Source: Pyrinomonadaceae bacterium
GTDB lineage: Bacteria; Acidobacteriota; Blastocatellia; Pyrinomonadales; Pyrinomonadaceae
Direction of reading: 5' to 3'
DNA: 24,000 bases
NCBI GenBank assembly: GCA_036277175.1
Contig: DASUNL010000304.1
Coordinates: 1 to 24,000 of the forward strand
Part shown: positions 8,633 through 15,215 of the stretch, one piece after another
Numbering within the stretch: the first letter of the stretch is position 1
Layout of the letters: each line of letters starts with the position of its first letter
Program-made: the position numbers and the translations under genes
Notes under the pieces: model-generated
Told to the model about the DNA's origin: nothing
Databases searched by the model: none
The model's input: only the letters and a program-made list of their open reading frames with translations

Positions 8633-9325
8633 GTGAAGAAGCTCTTGGTGTCTCTTGCCGCGCTCTTCGTGCTCTCAATCCCGGCCGCCGTCAAGGCCGA
8701 CACGCTGACGTTTACGCCTTCGCCGTCAGACCTCGGCGACCTCGATCACCACCGCGTCTATGCGTGGCGCATCGGCGGCGTCAACCTCAACGGCCAAGTC
8801 ATCACCGGCGCGCGTATCACGTTTAAGAACATACGCAACTGGGACAACCGCGCCAACACGCTCTTCGTCCACCTGCTCGACACGGCGAAGGTTTCGGGCG
8901 TCTCCTCGTTCATCGACGACACGCGCGACCGCGCGCAGCTTACCGACGCGCAGCTCCAAGCGTCGATGATCGACGACTTCGCCAACACGCGCTTTCACAA
9001 CCAGAGCAGCTGGCTCCTGAACTCCGGCACGGCCGACACGTTTCTCTTCTCGCGCTCGTTCCCGACGACGGGGCAGAACTTCGTCTACAACTTCACGGCC
9101 GGGCAGCTCCAAGCCCTGATGGCTTACATCGCCAACGACGGCCGCTTCGCCCTCGGCTTCGACCCCGACTGCCACTTCTTCAACGACGGCATCGTGCTCG
9201 AAATCTTCACGGCGAGCGCGCCCGTGCCCGAGCCGGCGACGATGGCCCTCTTGAGCACCGGCCTCGCCGGACTCTACTACCGGCGTCGCCGCCAGCGTCG
9301 GCGCGAATCGAACCTAGAGGCTTAA
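8633..9325 (+). CDS. PEP-CTERM sorting-domain secreted protein, N-terminal domain of unknown function
   Basis: C-terminus 'VPEPATMALLSTGLAGLYYRRRRQRRR' has the PEP motif, a TM helix and an Arg cluster. N-terminal signal peptide 'VKKLLVSLAALFVLSIPAAVKA'. GTG 8633 is preceded by GGAGG at 8619-8623. Confidence 0.8.
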   Translation: MKKLLVSLAALFVLSIPAAVKADTLTFTPSPSDLGDLDHHRVYAWRIGGVNLNGQVITGARITFKNIRNWDNRANTLFVHLLDTAKVSGVSSFIDDTRDRAQLTDAQLQASMIDDFANTRFHNQSSWLLNSGTADTFLFSRSFPTTGQNFVYNFTAGQLQALMAYIANDGRFALGFDPDCHFFNDGIVLEIFTASAPVPEPATMALLSTGLAGLYYRRRRQRRRESNLEA

Positions 9326-9356
9326 AAAGTTTTTTCGTCGGTGGGACGATGAGAAC

Positions 9357-9395
9357 GACGCGGGCGGGGCGCTCCTCCCCCCCGCGTCTTTTTTT
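9357..9395 (+). terminator. Rho-independent terminator after the PEP-CTERM gene
   Basis: GACGCGGG...CCCGCGTC stem with inner GGGG/CCCC pairing, followed by a T7 run at 9389-9395. Confidence 0.7.
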
Positions 9396-9422
9396 GTCTC
9401 GCGCGAGGTGCGGCGCGCGCGG

Positions 9423-10484
9423 TCAGGACTTCTCTTCGAGGCGCGCTCGCAGCTCGGCGACTTGTCGTCGCAACTCGGTCAGCTCTTCGCGCATCTGCGG
9501 GAGCCGACCGAAGTGCGCGTTCAGACGCTTGTACTCGTCGAGCGGGCGGACGGGCACGCCCCACACGACCGCGCCGGGGCGAACTATCTTGCCCGGAAGT
9601 ATCCCCGCCTTCGAGCCGACAATCGCGCCACGCGAGACGCGCGCGTGGTCGCCCATCCCGACCTGTCCTCCGATGATTGCGTCCGACTCGATGACGGTGC
9701 TCCCCGAGATTCCCGTCTGCGCGGCGATGACGACGCGCTCGCCTATCGAGACGTTGTGCCCGACCTGCACGAGGTTGTCGAGCTTCGTCCCGCGCCCGAT
9801 GCGCGTCTCGCCCAGAGCGCCGCGATCTACGCAACTGCCCGCGCCAATCTCGACGTCCGACTCGATGACGACCGTCCCGATTTGCGGGAACTTGTGATAC
9901 AGCCCTTCAGCGTCGCGCACGTAGCCGAACCCGTCCGCGCCGACGTGTACGCCCGCGTGCAGAATCACGCGGTCGCCCAAGGTCACGTTCTCATAAAGCA
10001 CGACGTTCGGGTGGAGCACGCAGTCCGCGCCGACGCGCGCATTCTCGCCGACCGAAGCGCCCGCGAGAATCTGCGTCCCCGCGCCGACGCGCGCGCCCTC
10101 CGAGACGACGGCGCAAGGGCCGACGTGGACGCCCTCGCCCAACTCCGCGCTCCCGGCGACGCTCGCCGAGGGATGAATTCCGGCCGCGCGCTTGCGCGGA
10201 GGGTGCAGCGCCCCGGCGACGAGCGCGAAGGCGAGCTTCGGCCGCGCCGCCTCGATGGCGCAACGGCCCGCAACGTCCGCGCCTTCGGGGACGATTAAAC
10301 ACGAAGCGCCGCTCGCTCGCGCGCGCTCGAAGAGCTTCGCGTCCTCGACGAACGCGACGTCGCCCTCGCCCGCACCGTCGAGGCTCGCCACACTTCGGAC
10401 GCGCACGTCGCCGTCTCCAACGACGCGCCCGCCGCAAAGTGCGGCCAGCTCGGCGACCGTCATCCCGTTCGTTTGTCTGCTCAT
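9423..10484 (-). CDS. lpxD: UDP-3-O-acylglucosamine N-acyltransferase
   Basis: N-terminal 'TVAELAALCGGRVVGDGDVRVRSVASL'. Hexapeptide left-handed beta-helix repeats. 'GADGFGY', 'KFPQIGTVVIESDVEIGAGSCVDRGALGETRIG' and 'DNLVQVGHNV' match LpxD. C-terminal coiled-coil tail. Confidence 0.9.
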   Translation of the reverse strand: MSRQTNGMTVAELAALCGGRVVGDGDVRVRSVASLDGAGEGDVAFVEDAKLFERARASGASCLIVPEGADVAGRCAIEAARPKLAFALVAGALHPPRKRAAGIHPSASVAGSAELGEGVHVGPCAVVSEGARVGAGTQILAGASVGENARVGADCVLHPNVVLYENVTLGDRVILHAGVHVGADGFGYVRDAEGLYHKFPQIGTVVIESDVEIGAGSCVDRGALGETRIGRGTKLDNLVQVGHNVSIGERVVIAAQTGISGSTVIESDAIIGGQVGMGDHARVSRGAIVGSKAGILPGKIVRPGAVVWGVPVRPLDEYKRLNAHFGRLPQMREELTELRRQVAELRARLEEKS

Positions 10485-10494
10485 CTTTCGCGGC

Positions 10495-10647
10495 TCAGTC
10501 GTCTTCGCGCCGGGCCATAATCTTTCGCACCGAGTGCCACTGTTCTTGGCTGCCGCCGAGTTCCTTCCTGTGCCAGCGCCGGATGAAGAGGGCGAAGCAC
10601 ACGACGACGACCAAGACCATCAGCCCGAAGACGGCCGACAGAAACAT
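10495..10647 (-). CDS. Putative 50-aa single-pass membrane micro-protein between lpxA and lpxD
   Basis: ATG at 10647 lies 8 nt after the lpxA stop, and the stop at 10495 lies 10 nt before the lpxD ATG. 'MFLSAVFGLMVLVVVVCFALFIRRWHRK...' is one TM helix plus a basic tail. GGAGGA lies about 16 nt upstream inside the lpxA 3' end. The rest of the listed 293-aa ORF is an Arg-rich shadow. Confidence 0.45.
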   Translation of the reverse strand: MFLSAVFGLMVLVVVVCFALFIRRWHRKELGGSQEQWHSVRKIMARREDD

Positions 10648-10655
10648 CGAGGCGA

Positions 10656-11483
10656 TCACGTCTCCTCCCCCTCGTCGTTCGCGGCGTCCGCGCTCGGCGC
10701 GTCGCCGGCCCGGCGCTCTACTCCCGTGAAACCGCGTCGTGAGCCGCGTATGAATTCGACGAGGTTCGTGACGTTTTCGTCTTCGAGCGCGAGCAAAGCC
10801 GCGAGCGCGTCGGCGAGCGGCAGTCGTTCGCGGAACAGGAGACCGTAGGCGCGTCGGAGCGCGAGTCGCGCGTCCGGAGAGAAGCCACCGCGCCGGAGTC
10901 CGACGGTGTTGAGTCCGCGCACGCGCGCGGGGTTTCCGTCCGTCGTGAAGAACGGCAAAACGTCCTGCACGATTTTGGACTTGCCGCCGACCATCGCGAA
11001 CCGCCCGAAGCGCGTGAACTGATGCGCGCCGACGTTCGACGCGAGGAAGACGTGGTCGGCGACGCGGACGTGCCCGGCGAGCGCGACGCCGTTGGCGAAG
11101 ACGTTGTCGTCGCCCACCTCGCAGTTGTGCGCGATGTGCGTCGAGACCATCAAGAAGTTTCGGCTCCCGACGCGCGTCACCTCGCCCTCGCCGCGCGCGC
11201 GGTGCAGGGTCGCGTACTCGCGTATCAGGTTGTCGTCGCCTAAGACGAGCGCGCTCGGCTCGCCACGAAACTTCCAGTCCTGCGGCTCGCCGCCCAGACA
11301 GGCGTGCTCGAAGACGCGGTTGCGTCGGCCCAAGGTGGTGAAGCGTTTGACGACGGCGTGCGCTCCTATCTCGCACTCGTCGCCCAACGTCGCGCCCTCT
11401 TCGACGACCGCGTAGGGGCCGACGCGCACGCCGCGTCCGAGCGACGCGCGAGGGTGGACGGCGGCTGTCGGGTGAATCTCCAT
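10656..11483 (-). CDS. lpxA: Acyl-ACP--UDP-N-acetylglucosamine O-acyltransferase
   Basis: 'IHPTAAVHP', 'LGGEPQDWKFRGEPS', 'IREYATLHRA', 'THIAHNCEVGD', 'LAGHV', 'AHQFTRFG', 'GLNTVGLRRGGFS' and 'LRRAY' align block for block with E. coli LpxA. Start at 11483 ('MEIHPTA') is preferred; 11537 is the alternative. Confidence 0.9.
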   Translation of the reverse strand: MEIHPTAAVHPRASLGRGVRVGPYAVVEEGATLGDECEIGAHAVVKRFTTLGRRNRVFEHACLGGEPQDWKFRGEPSALVLGDDNLIREYATLHRARGEGEVTRVGSRNFLMVSTHIAHNCEVGDDNVFANGVALAGHVRVADHVFLASNVGAHQFTRFGRFAMVGGKSKIVQDVLPFFTTDGNPARVRGLNTVGLRRGGFSPDARLALRRAYGLLFRERLPLADALAALLALEDENVTNLVEFIRGSRRGFTGVERRAGDAPSADAANDEGEET

Positions 11484-11625
11484 CTCTCTCAAGACCGCGA
11501 CGGATGGTACATCCTCGGCCGAGGCGGCCGCAAACATTTAGCCATCCGGCCGCGAAGTTGTAGAATCACGGCGTCCCCTTAAAACGAGAATCCGATTTAA
11601 CGTAAACGAGGAGGCTTGGAGGCCG

Positions 11626-11778
11626 ATGGCGGACGAAGCTAAAGAGAGGAAGTGCGCGCACCAGAAGTGTCGCTGCATGGTTGAGGAGCCGAGGCGCTAT
11701 TGCAGCGACCGTTGCGAAGACGAAGCGGACTCAGACCCGACGAGCGACTGCACCTGCGGCCACGCCGGCTGCAAGTAA
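11626..11778 (+). CDS. Bacterial metallothionein, SmtA/BmtA family (50 aa; not in the supplied ORF track)
   Basis: Hand translation: MADEAKERKCAHQKCRCMVEEPRRYCSDRCEDEADSDPTSDCTCGHAGCK. It has 8 Cys and 2 His. The pattern KCA-x3-C-x-C-x-V...YCS-x2-C...C-x-CGH-x-GC parallels Synechococcus SmtA (KCACEPCLCNV...YYCSEAC...GCGHTGC). GAGGAGG (11608-11614) and GGAGG (11618-11622) precede the ATG. Confidence 0.7.
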   Translation: MADEAKERKCAHQKCRCMVEEPRRYCSDRCEDEADSDPTSDCTCGHAGCK

Positions 11779-11872
11779 ACGACCGCGCGCCGGACGCAAA
11801 TCCATCGCGGAGTTTTCCCGCCCGCGCGCCTGCAACCTCTGGACGCGGGGCGGCGTCTTATGCCTTTATCTC

Positions 11873-11901
11873 TTGCATCTGCAAGGGTATGCCTTTATCA
11901 T
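11873..11901 (+). promoter_or_regulatory. Near-consensus sigma70 promoter upstream of the radical SAM gene
   Basis: -35 TTGCAT (11873-11878), exactly 17-bp spacer, -10 TATCAT (11896-11901). Located in an AT-enriched 250-bp gap. Flanked and overlapped by the direct repeat TATGCCTTTATC (11859-11870 and 11888-11899) and the palindrome TTGCAtcTGCAA. Confidence 0.55.
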
Positions 11902-12028
11902 GTCGCGTTGCCGGCAATCCTCATCCGGCTTTTCGACAAGGCTTAAGCAGGCGAGCTTTTTCAACGGTTTGCGGGCAAAAACGCAACGGTCGCTCGTCCC
12001 GCGCGTTTCTTTAAGGAGAACCTTTAAC

Positions 12029-13999
12029 TTGTTCAGCGATCAATTCCGCCGGGGCGAGACCGAGCGCGCGCGTTTCAGCGGCGTCAAGACCTCGCGCCTC
12101 ATCTCGAACCTTTCGGACGTGGCGTGGAAGGCTTTTCAGTCCGTCAACAAGCGCCTGCCCGAAGGCGAGGCCATCCGCCCGAAGTGGGCGCCGGGGCCGC
12201 TGCTCAAGTCCTACGAACGCACCGCGCCGCCGCTCGGCTTCCCGCGCGAGACCGACAGTCTGTGCCCGCGCTGCGTCAAGGAAGTCCGCAACGCCGTCAT
12301 CTCCGGCGACGTCTCGCTCGAAACCCTGATGCACACGCATCCGGGCGAAATCAAGGCGCAGATTATTGAGGAAGACGGCAAGGTCTACATGACGAAGACC
12401 TGCCCCGTCCACGGCGAGTTCAAAGACCTGATGGCGACCGACGCGCGCTTTCTTGAGCGCATCGAGTCGCTCTTCTTCGGACGCGACTTCCGCGCCGCCG
12501 AGGACGCGCACATCCACCGCCACGGGACTTCCAACATCAAGTTCGGGCGCGGGGCAGTGTTGACGGTCGACCTCACCAACCGCTGCAACATGATGTGCAA
12601 CCCGTGCTTCATGGACGCCAATCAGGTCGGCTACGTGCATGAGCCGACGTTCGAGGACACGAAGGCGATTCTCGACCGCGCCATCAGCTTCAAGCCGCGA
12701 CGCCAGATAATCATCCTCTTCTCGGGCGGCGAGCCGACGCTGTCGCCCCACTTCCTCGAATCGGTCGCCTACGCGCGCAAGGTCGGCTTCTACCGCATCC
12801 TCGCCGCCACCAACGGCATCCGCTACGCCGAGGACATCGAGTTCTGCAAGGCCGCGAAAGAGGCGGGTCAGCACGGCGTCTATCTTCAGTTCGACGGCGT
12901 GTCTGAAGAGAAGAACAAGCACCGAGGCGTCGGCAACCTCTTCGACGTGAAGCTGCGCGCGATTGAAAACCTCGCCTCGGTCGGCATCAAGGTGACGCTC
13001 GTCACGACCATCGTCAACACCATCAACAACGACGCCATCGGCCAGATAGTCGAGTTCGCCGCGAAGAACATCGACAAGGTTCAGACCATCGCCTTCCAGC
13101 CCGTCTCCTTCACCGGCCGCGACGAGGACGTCGAAGACGACGTGCGCTTGCAGCAGCGTTACACCTTGGCGGGCATGGCCGGCGACCTAGAGTCGCAGTT
13201 GGGCGGACGCATCCGCGCCCTGCGCGACTGGTTCCCGCTCTCGTCCTACTCGGCCTTCACGTCCGTCATGGACATGCTGCAAGGCGCGGACGCGCCGTGG
13301 GGCTGGTCTTCGTGTAACTGCCACCCGAACTGCGGCATCTTCACGCTCTTGGTGACGAATCGCAAAACGGGCGAGTTCCGTTCGCTCTTCGAGTTCTTCG
13401 ACTACGAGCAGTTCATGAAGGACGTCTACGTCATCACCGACTCGGCGCGCGGGCGGAAACTCACGATGGCGCAGCTCGCGATGGCCATCATGCGCAACTT
13501 CGACGCCGAGCGAGCGCCCGAGGGCTTCCCCGTCTCGCAAATCATCAACCTCTTCAAGCCTTCGTCGGCCGACTCGAACTCAGACCGCAACGACCGCATG
13601 AAGGCGCAGGTCGCGGACGACTCGTCGGACTTGTGGCGCGTGCTGTGCGTCGAGGGGATGTGGTTCCAAGACCTCTTCAACTACGACTTCCGCCGCACCG
13701 AGATGTGCGTCATCCCTTACGGGACGCAAGAAGGCGAGATAAGTTTCTGCGCCTACAACACGGGCGTCGGCTGGCGGCAGATTATCGAGGAGATGCACAA
13801 GACGGCGAACCTCGCCGACTGGTACAAGGAGCACGGACGCCACGCCGTCTACGCGAAGGGCCGCGCCGTCCCCGGCATCGAGAAGGCGCGCTCGCTCTCG
13901 CTCCCCATCGTCCAACAGATTCTCGCCGCCGACGACGACACGCCGAAAGTCTCTCCCTACCTCGTCGAAGAGGCCGAGGAAGAGTTAACGGTTCGATAG
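12029..13999 (+). CDS. Large multi-cluster radical SAM enzyme, COG1964 / Tes (GDGT-MAS)-like
   Basis: TTG start at 12029 lies 10 nt after AAGGAG (12013-12018). N-terminal zinc-ribbon/rubredoxin-like 'LCPRC...(EEDGKVYMTKT)CPVHGEF'. Radical SAM 'CNMMCNPC' (CxxxCxxC). SAM-binding 'FSGGEPTL'. C-terminal Cys clusters 'SSCNCHPNCG' and 'MCVIPYG...ISFCAYN'. 656 aa. The listed 772-aa ORF is over-extended across the promoter and the metallothionein gene. Confidence 0.85.
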   Translation: MFSDQFRRGETERARFSGVKTSRLISNLSDVAWKAFQSVNKRLPEGEAIRPKWAPGPLLKSYERTAPPLGFPRETDSLCPRCVKEVRNAVISGDVSLETLMHTHPGEIKAQIIEEDGKVYMTKTCPVHGEFKDLMATDARFLERIESLFFGRDFRAAEDAHIHRHGTSNIKFGRGAVLTVDLTNRCNMMCNPCFMDANQVGYVHEPTFEDTKAILDRAISFKPRRQIIILFSGGEPTLSPHFLESVAYARKVGFYRILAATNGIRYAEDIEFCKAAKEAGQHGVYLQFDGVSEEKNKHRGVGNLFDVKLRAIENLASVGIKVTLVTTIVNTINNDAIGQIVEFAAKNIDKVQTIAFQPVSFTGRDEDVEDDVRLQQRYTLAGMAGDLESQLGGRIRALRDWFPLSSYSAFTSVMDMLQGADAPWGWSSCNCHPNCGIFTLLVTNRKTGEFRSLFEFFDYEQFMKDVYVITDSARGRKLTMAQLAMAIMRNFDAERAPEGFPVSQIINLFKPSSADSNSDRNDRMKAQVADDSSDLWRVLCVEGMWFQDLFNYDFRRTEMCVIPYGTQEGEISFCAYNTGVGWRQIIEEMHKTANLADWYKEHGRHAVYAKGRAVPGIEKARSLSLPIVQQILAADDDTPKVSPYLVEEAEEELTVR

Positions 14000-14000
14000 A

Positions 14001-14043
14001 CGTCGCGGCCGGTCGCCACGCGCTTAGGCGACCGGCCGCGACG
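14001..14043 (+). terminator. Strong stem-loop immediately after the radical SAM stop codon
   Basis: CGTCGCGGCCGGTCGCC-N9-GGCGACCGGCCGCGACG is a 17-bp perfect stem starting 2 nt after the TAG. The downstream sequence is only weakly T-rich (GCTTTTG at about 14053). Confidence 0.65.
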
Positions 14044-14180
14044 CTACTCGTCGCTTTTGAAAACGGCGGGGCCGAGCGCCCGCGCCGCCTCCTTTTTCCA
14101 GCGCGCCCGACCGCGCGACCGTCCCGAAGAAGCTTCAAGACGGCCCCACCAACCCCCACCTAAACAGTAAGGAGCACTTA

Positions 14181-14717
14181 ATGAAGAGACTCAAGCAGAC
14201 GATTCTGCTCGCCGCGCTGGCTGCGCTCTCGATGGCCGCGAGCGCCTCCGCGCAGGAGAATAAAACGGCCGTCGCCCCCGACGCCGAGAAGAACAAGTAT
14301 CAGAACGTCGAGGTCGTGCCCTTCACCGCGCAGGAAGAAGTCAACCTGACGGCGGATGAACTGAAGGTCATCACCGAGACGGTCGTCAAAGAGCTGCGCG
14401 ACATCAAGAAGTTCAAGCAGGTCTTGCGCGAGGGCGAGACGGCGACCGAGGCGGGCGCGCCGACGCTCAAGGTCACCGGCACGGTCGTCAAGTTTAAGAA
14501 GGGCAGCCGCGCCAAGCGTTACTTCGTCGGCTTCGGCGCGGGCAAGACCAAGATGATCGCCAACGTCAAGTTCATCGACGGCGAGAGCGGGCAGGTGCTC
14601 TACGAATACGTGGCCGACGGCGACGTGCACATGGGCATCTTCGGCGGCGACTCGGGCGGCGCGAAGTCGGAGATGGCCGAGCAGGTCGCCAAGTACGCCA
14701 AGAAGAAATTCTTCTAA
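14181..14717 (+). CDS. Secreted Lys-rich protein of unknown function (possibly DUF4410-like)
   Basis: AAGGAG lies 7 nt upstream of the ATG. Signal peptide 'MKRLKQTILLAALAALSMAASASA/QE'. Block 'KFKKGSRAKRYFVGFGAGKTKM...DGESGQVL' is present. 178 aa. The family assignment is from memory only. Confidence 0.75.
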   Translation: MKRLKQTILLAALAALSMAASASAQENKTAVAPDAEKNKYQNVEVVPFTAQEEVNLTADELKVITETVVKELRDIKKFKQVLREGETATEAGAPTLKVTGTVVKFKKGSRAKRYFVGFGAGKTKMIANVKFIDGESGQVLYEYVADGDVHMGIFGGDSGGAKSEMAEQVAKYAKKKFF

Positions 14718-14766
14718 GAAGAACTCTCCCAAACGGGCCGCCGCACTGGACGCGGACGGAAGACAA

Positions 14767-14800
14767 AACGGGCGCGGCAAACTTACTTGCCGCGCCCGTT
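14767..14800. terminator. Bidirectional intrinsic terminator between convergent genes
   Basis: AACGGGCGCGGCAA-acttac-TTGCCGCGCCCGTT is a perfect 14-bp stem. AAAA precedes it on the plus strand, which gives a T-run on the minus strand for the HisKA gene. Confidence 0.7.
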
Positions 14801-14834
14801 ATTCGTCCCCTCGTTTTCCGTTCCTCGCGCGCGT

Positions 14835-15215
14835 TTAGTGGCGCGGCGGGTCGCCCGCTTGTTCGTCGTCGGTCTGTGTGTGTTCGGACGTGTGGAGGGT
14901 CGTCGGCGCGGCGTCCGCGCCCGCGTGGTTGGCGTGTTGGACGACGCGCAGCTCGGCGACCTGATCGCGTATGCGCGCGGCGAGTTGCTCGATGGTCTGG
15001 ACGCGCCGTCGCGCCGAGTCATTCAGAGTCGCGTCGCGCAGGAGCAGTTGCGCCTGACCGATGAGGCCCGTCAGAGGGTTGTTGATCTCGTGGCGGATGC
15101 GCGCGGCGAGGTCGGCGACCTCTTCGAGCCGCGCCTCGTAAGACGCGACCATGCGCCGCAACTCCGCCTCGCCCTCGCGCGCCGTGCCCGCGCCCAAAGT
15201 CTCCTCGCTCATCAT
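14835..15215 (-). CDS. Standalone HisKA (DHp) domain protein with no ATPase domain
   Basis: H-box 'ARIRHEINNPLTGLIGQAQLLL' is flanked by predicted coiled-coil helices. About 126 aa, with no HATPase_c motifs (N, G1, G2). The start is uncertain: ATG-ATG at 15215/15212 directly after GGGAGGG, or GTG at 15242. Confidence 0.65.
   Translation of the reverse strand: MMSEETLGAGTAREGEAELRRMVASYEARLEEVADLAARIRHEINNPLTGLIGQAQLLLRDATLNDSARRRVQTIEQLAARIRDQVAELRVVQHANHAGADAAPTTLHTSEHTQTDDEQAGDPPRH

Noticed and set aside
9408-10298. 296-aa plus-strand ORF and several 96-170-aa ORFs overlapping lpxD
   Set aside because: These are antisense or out-of-frame shadows of the hexapeptide-repeat gene lpxD. They are low-complexity Arg/Asp/Ala products.
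10648-11376. Upstream 243 aa of the listed 293-aa minus-strand ORF (Arg-rich)
   Set aside because: It is out of frame but on the same strand as, and fully overlapping, lpxA. It has extreme Arg content. Only the last 50 codons (10495-10647), which lie in the lpxA-lpxD gap, are retained as a tentative micro-ORF.
11681-12028. 116-aa N-terminal extension of the radical SAM ORF (listed start 11681; internal ATG 11900)
   Set aside because: It overlaps the metallothionein CDS in another frame and runs through an AT-richer gap containing a near-consensus promoter. A TTG at 12029 with a strong AAGGAG fits better, and the extension has no homology-like features.
12011-12922. 303-aa minus-strand ORF
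   Set aside because: It is antisense to the radical SAM core (CxxxCxxC, GGE motifs), with no motifs of its own.
14178-14780. 200-aa minus-strand ORF; also 14787..15359 plus-strand 190 aa
   Set aside because: They are antisense to the signal-peptide protein and to the HisKA mini-protein respectively. The first would also read through the perfect terminator hairpin at 14767-14800.
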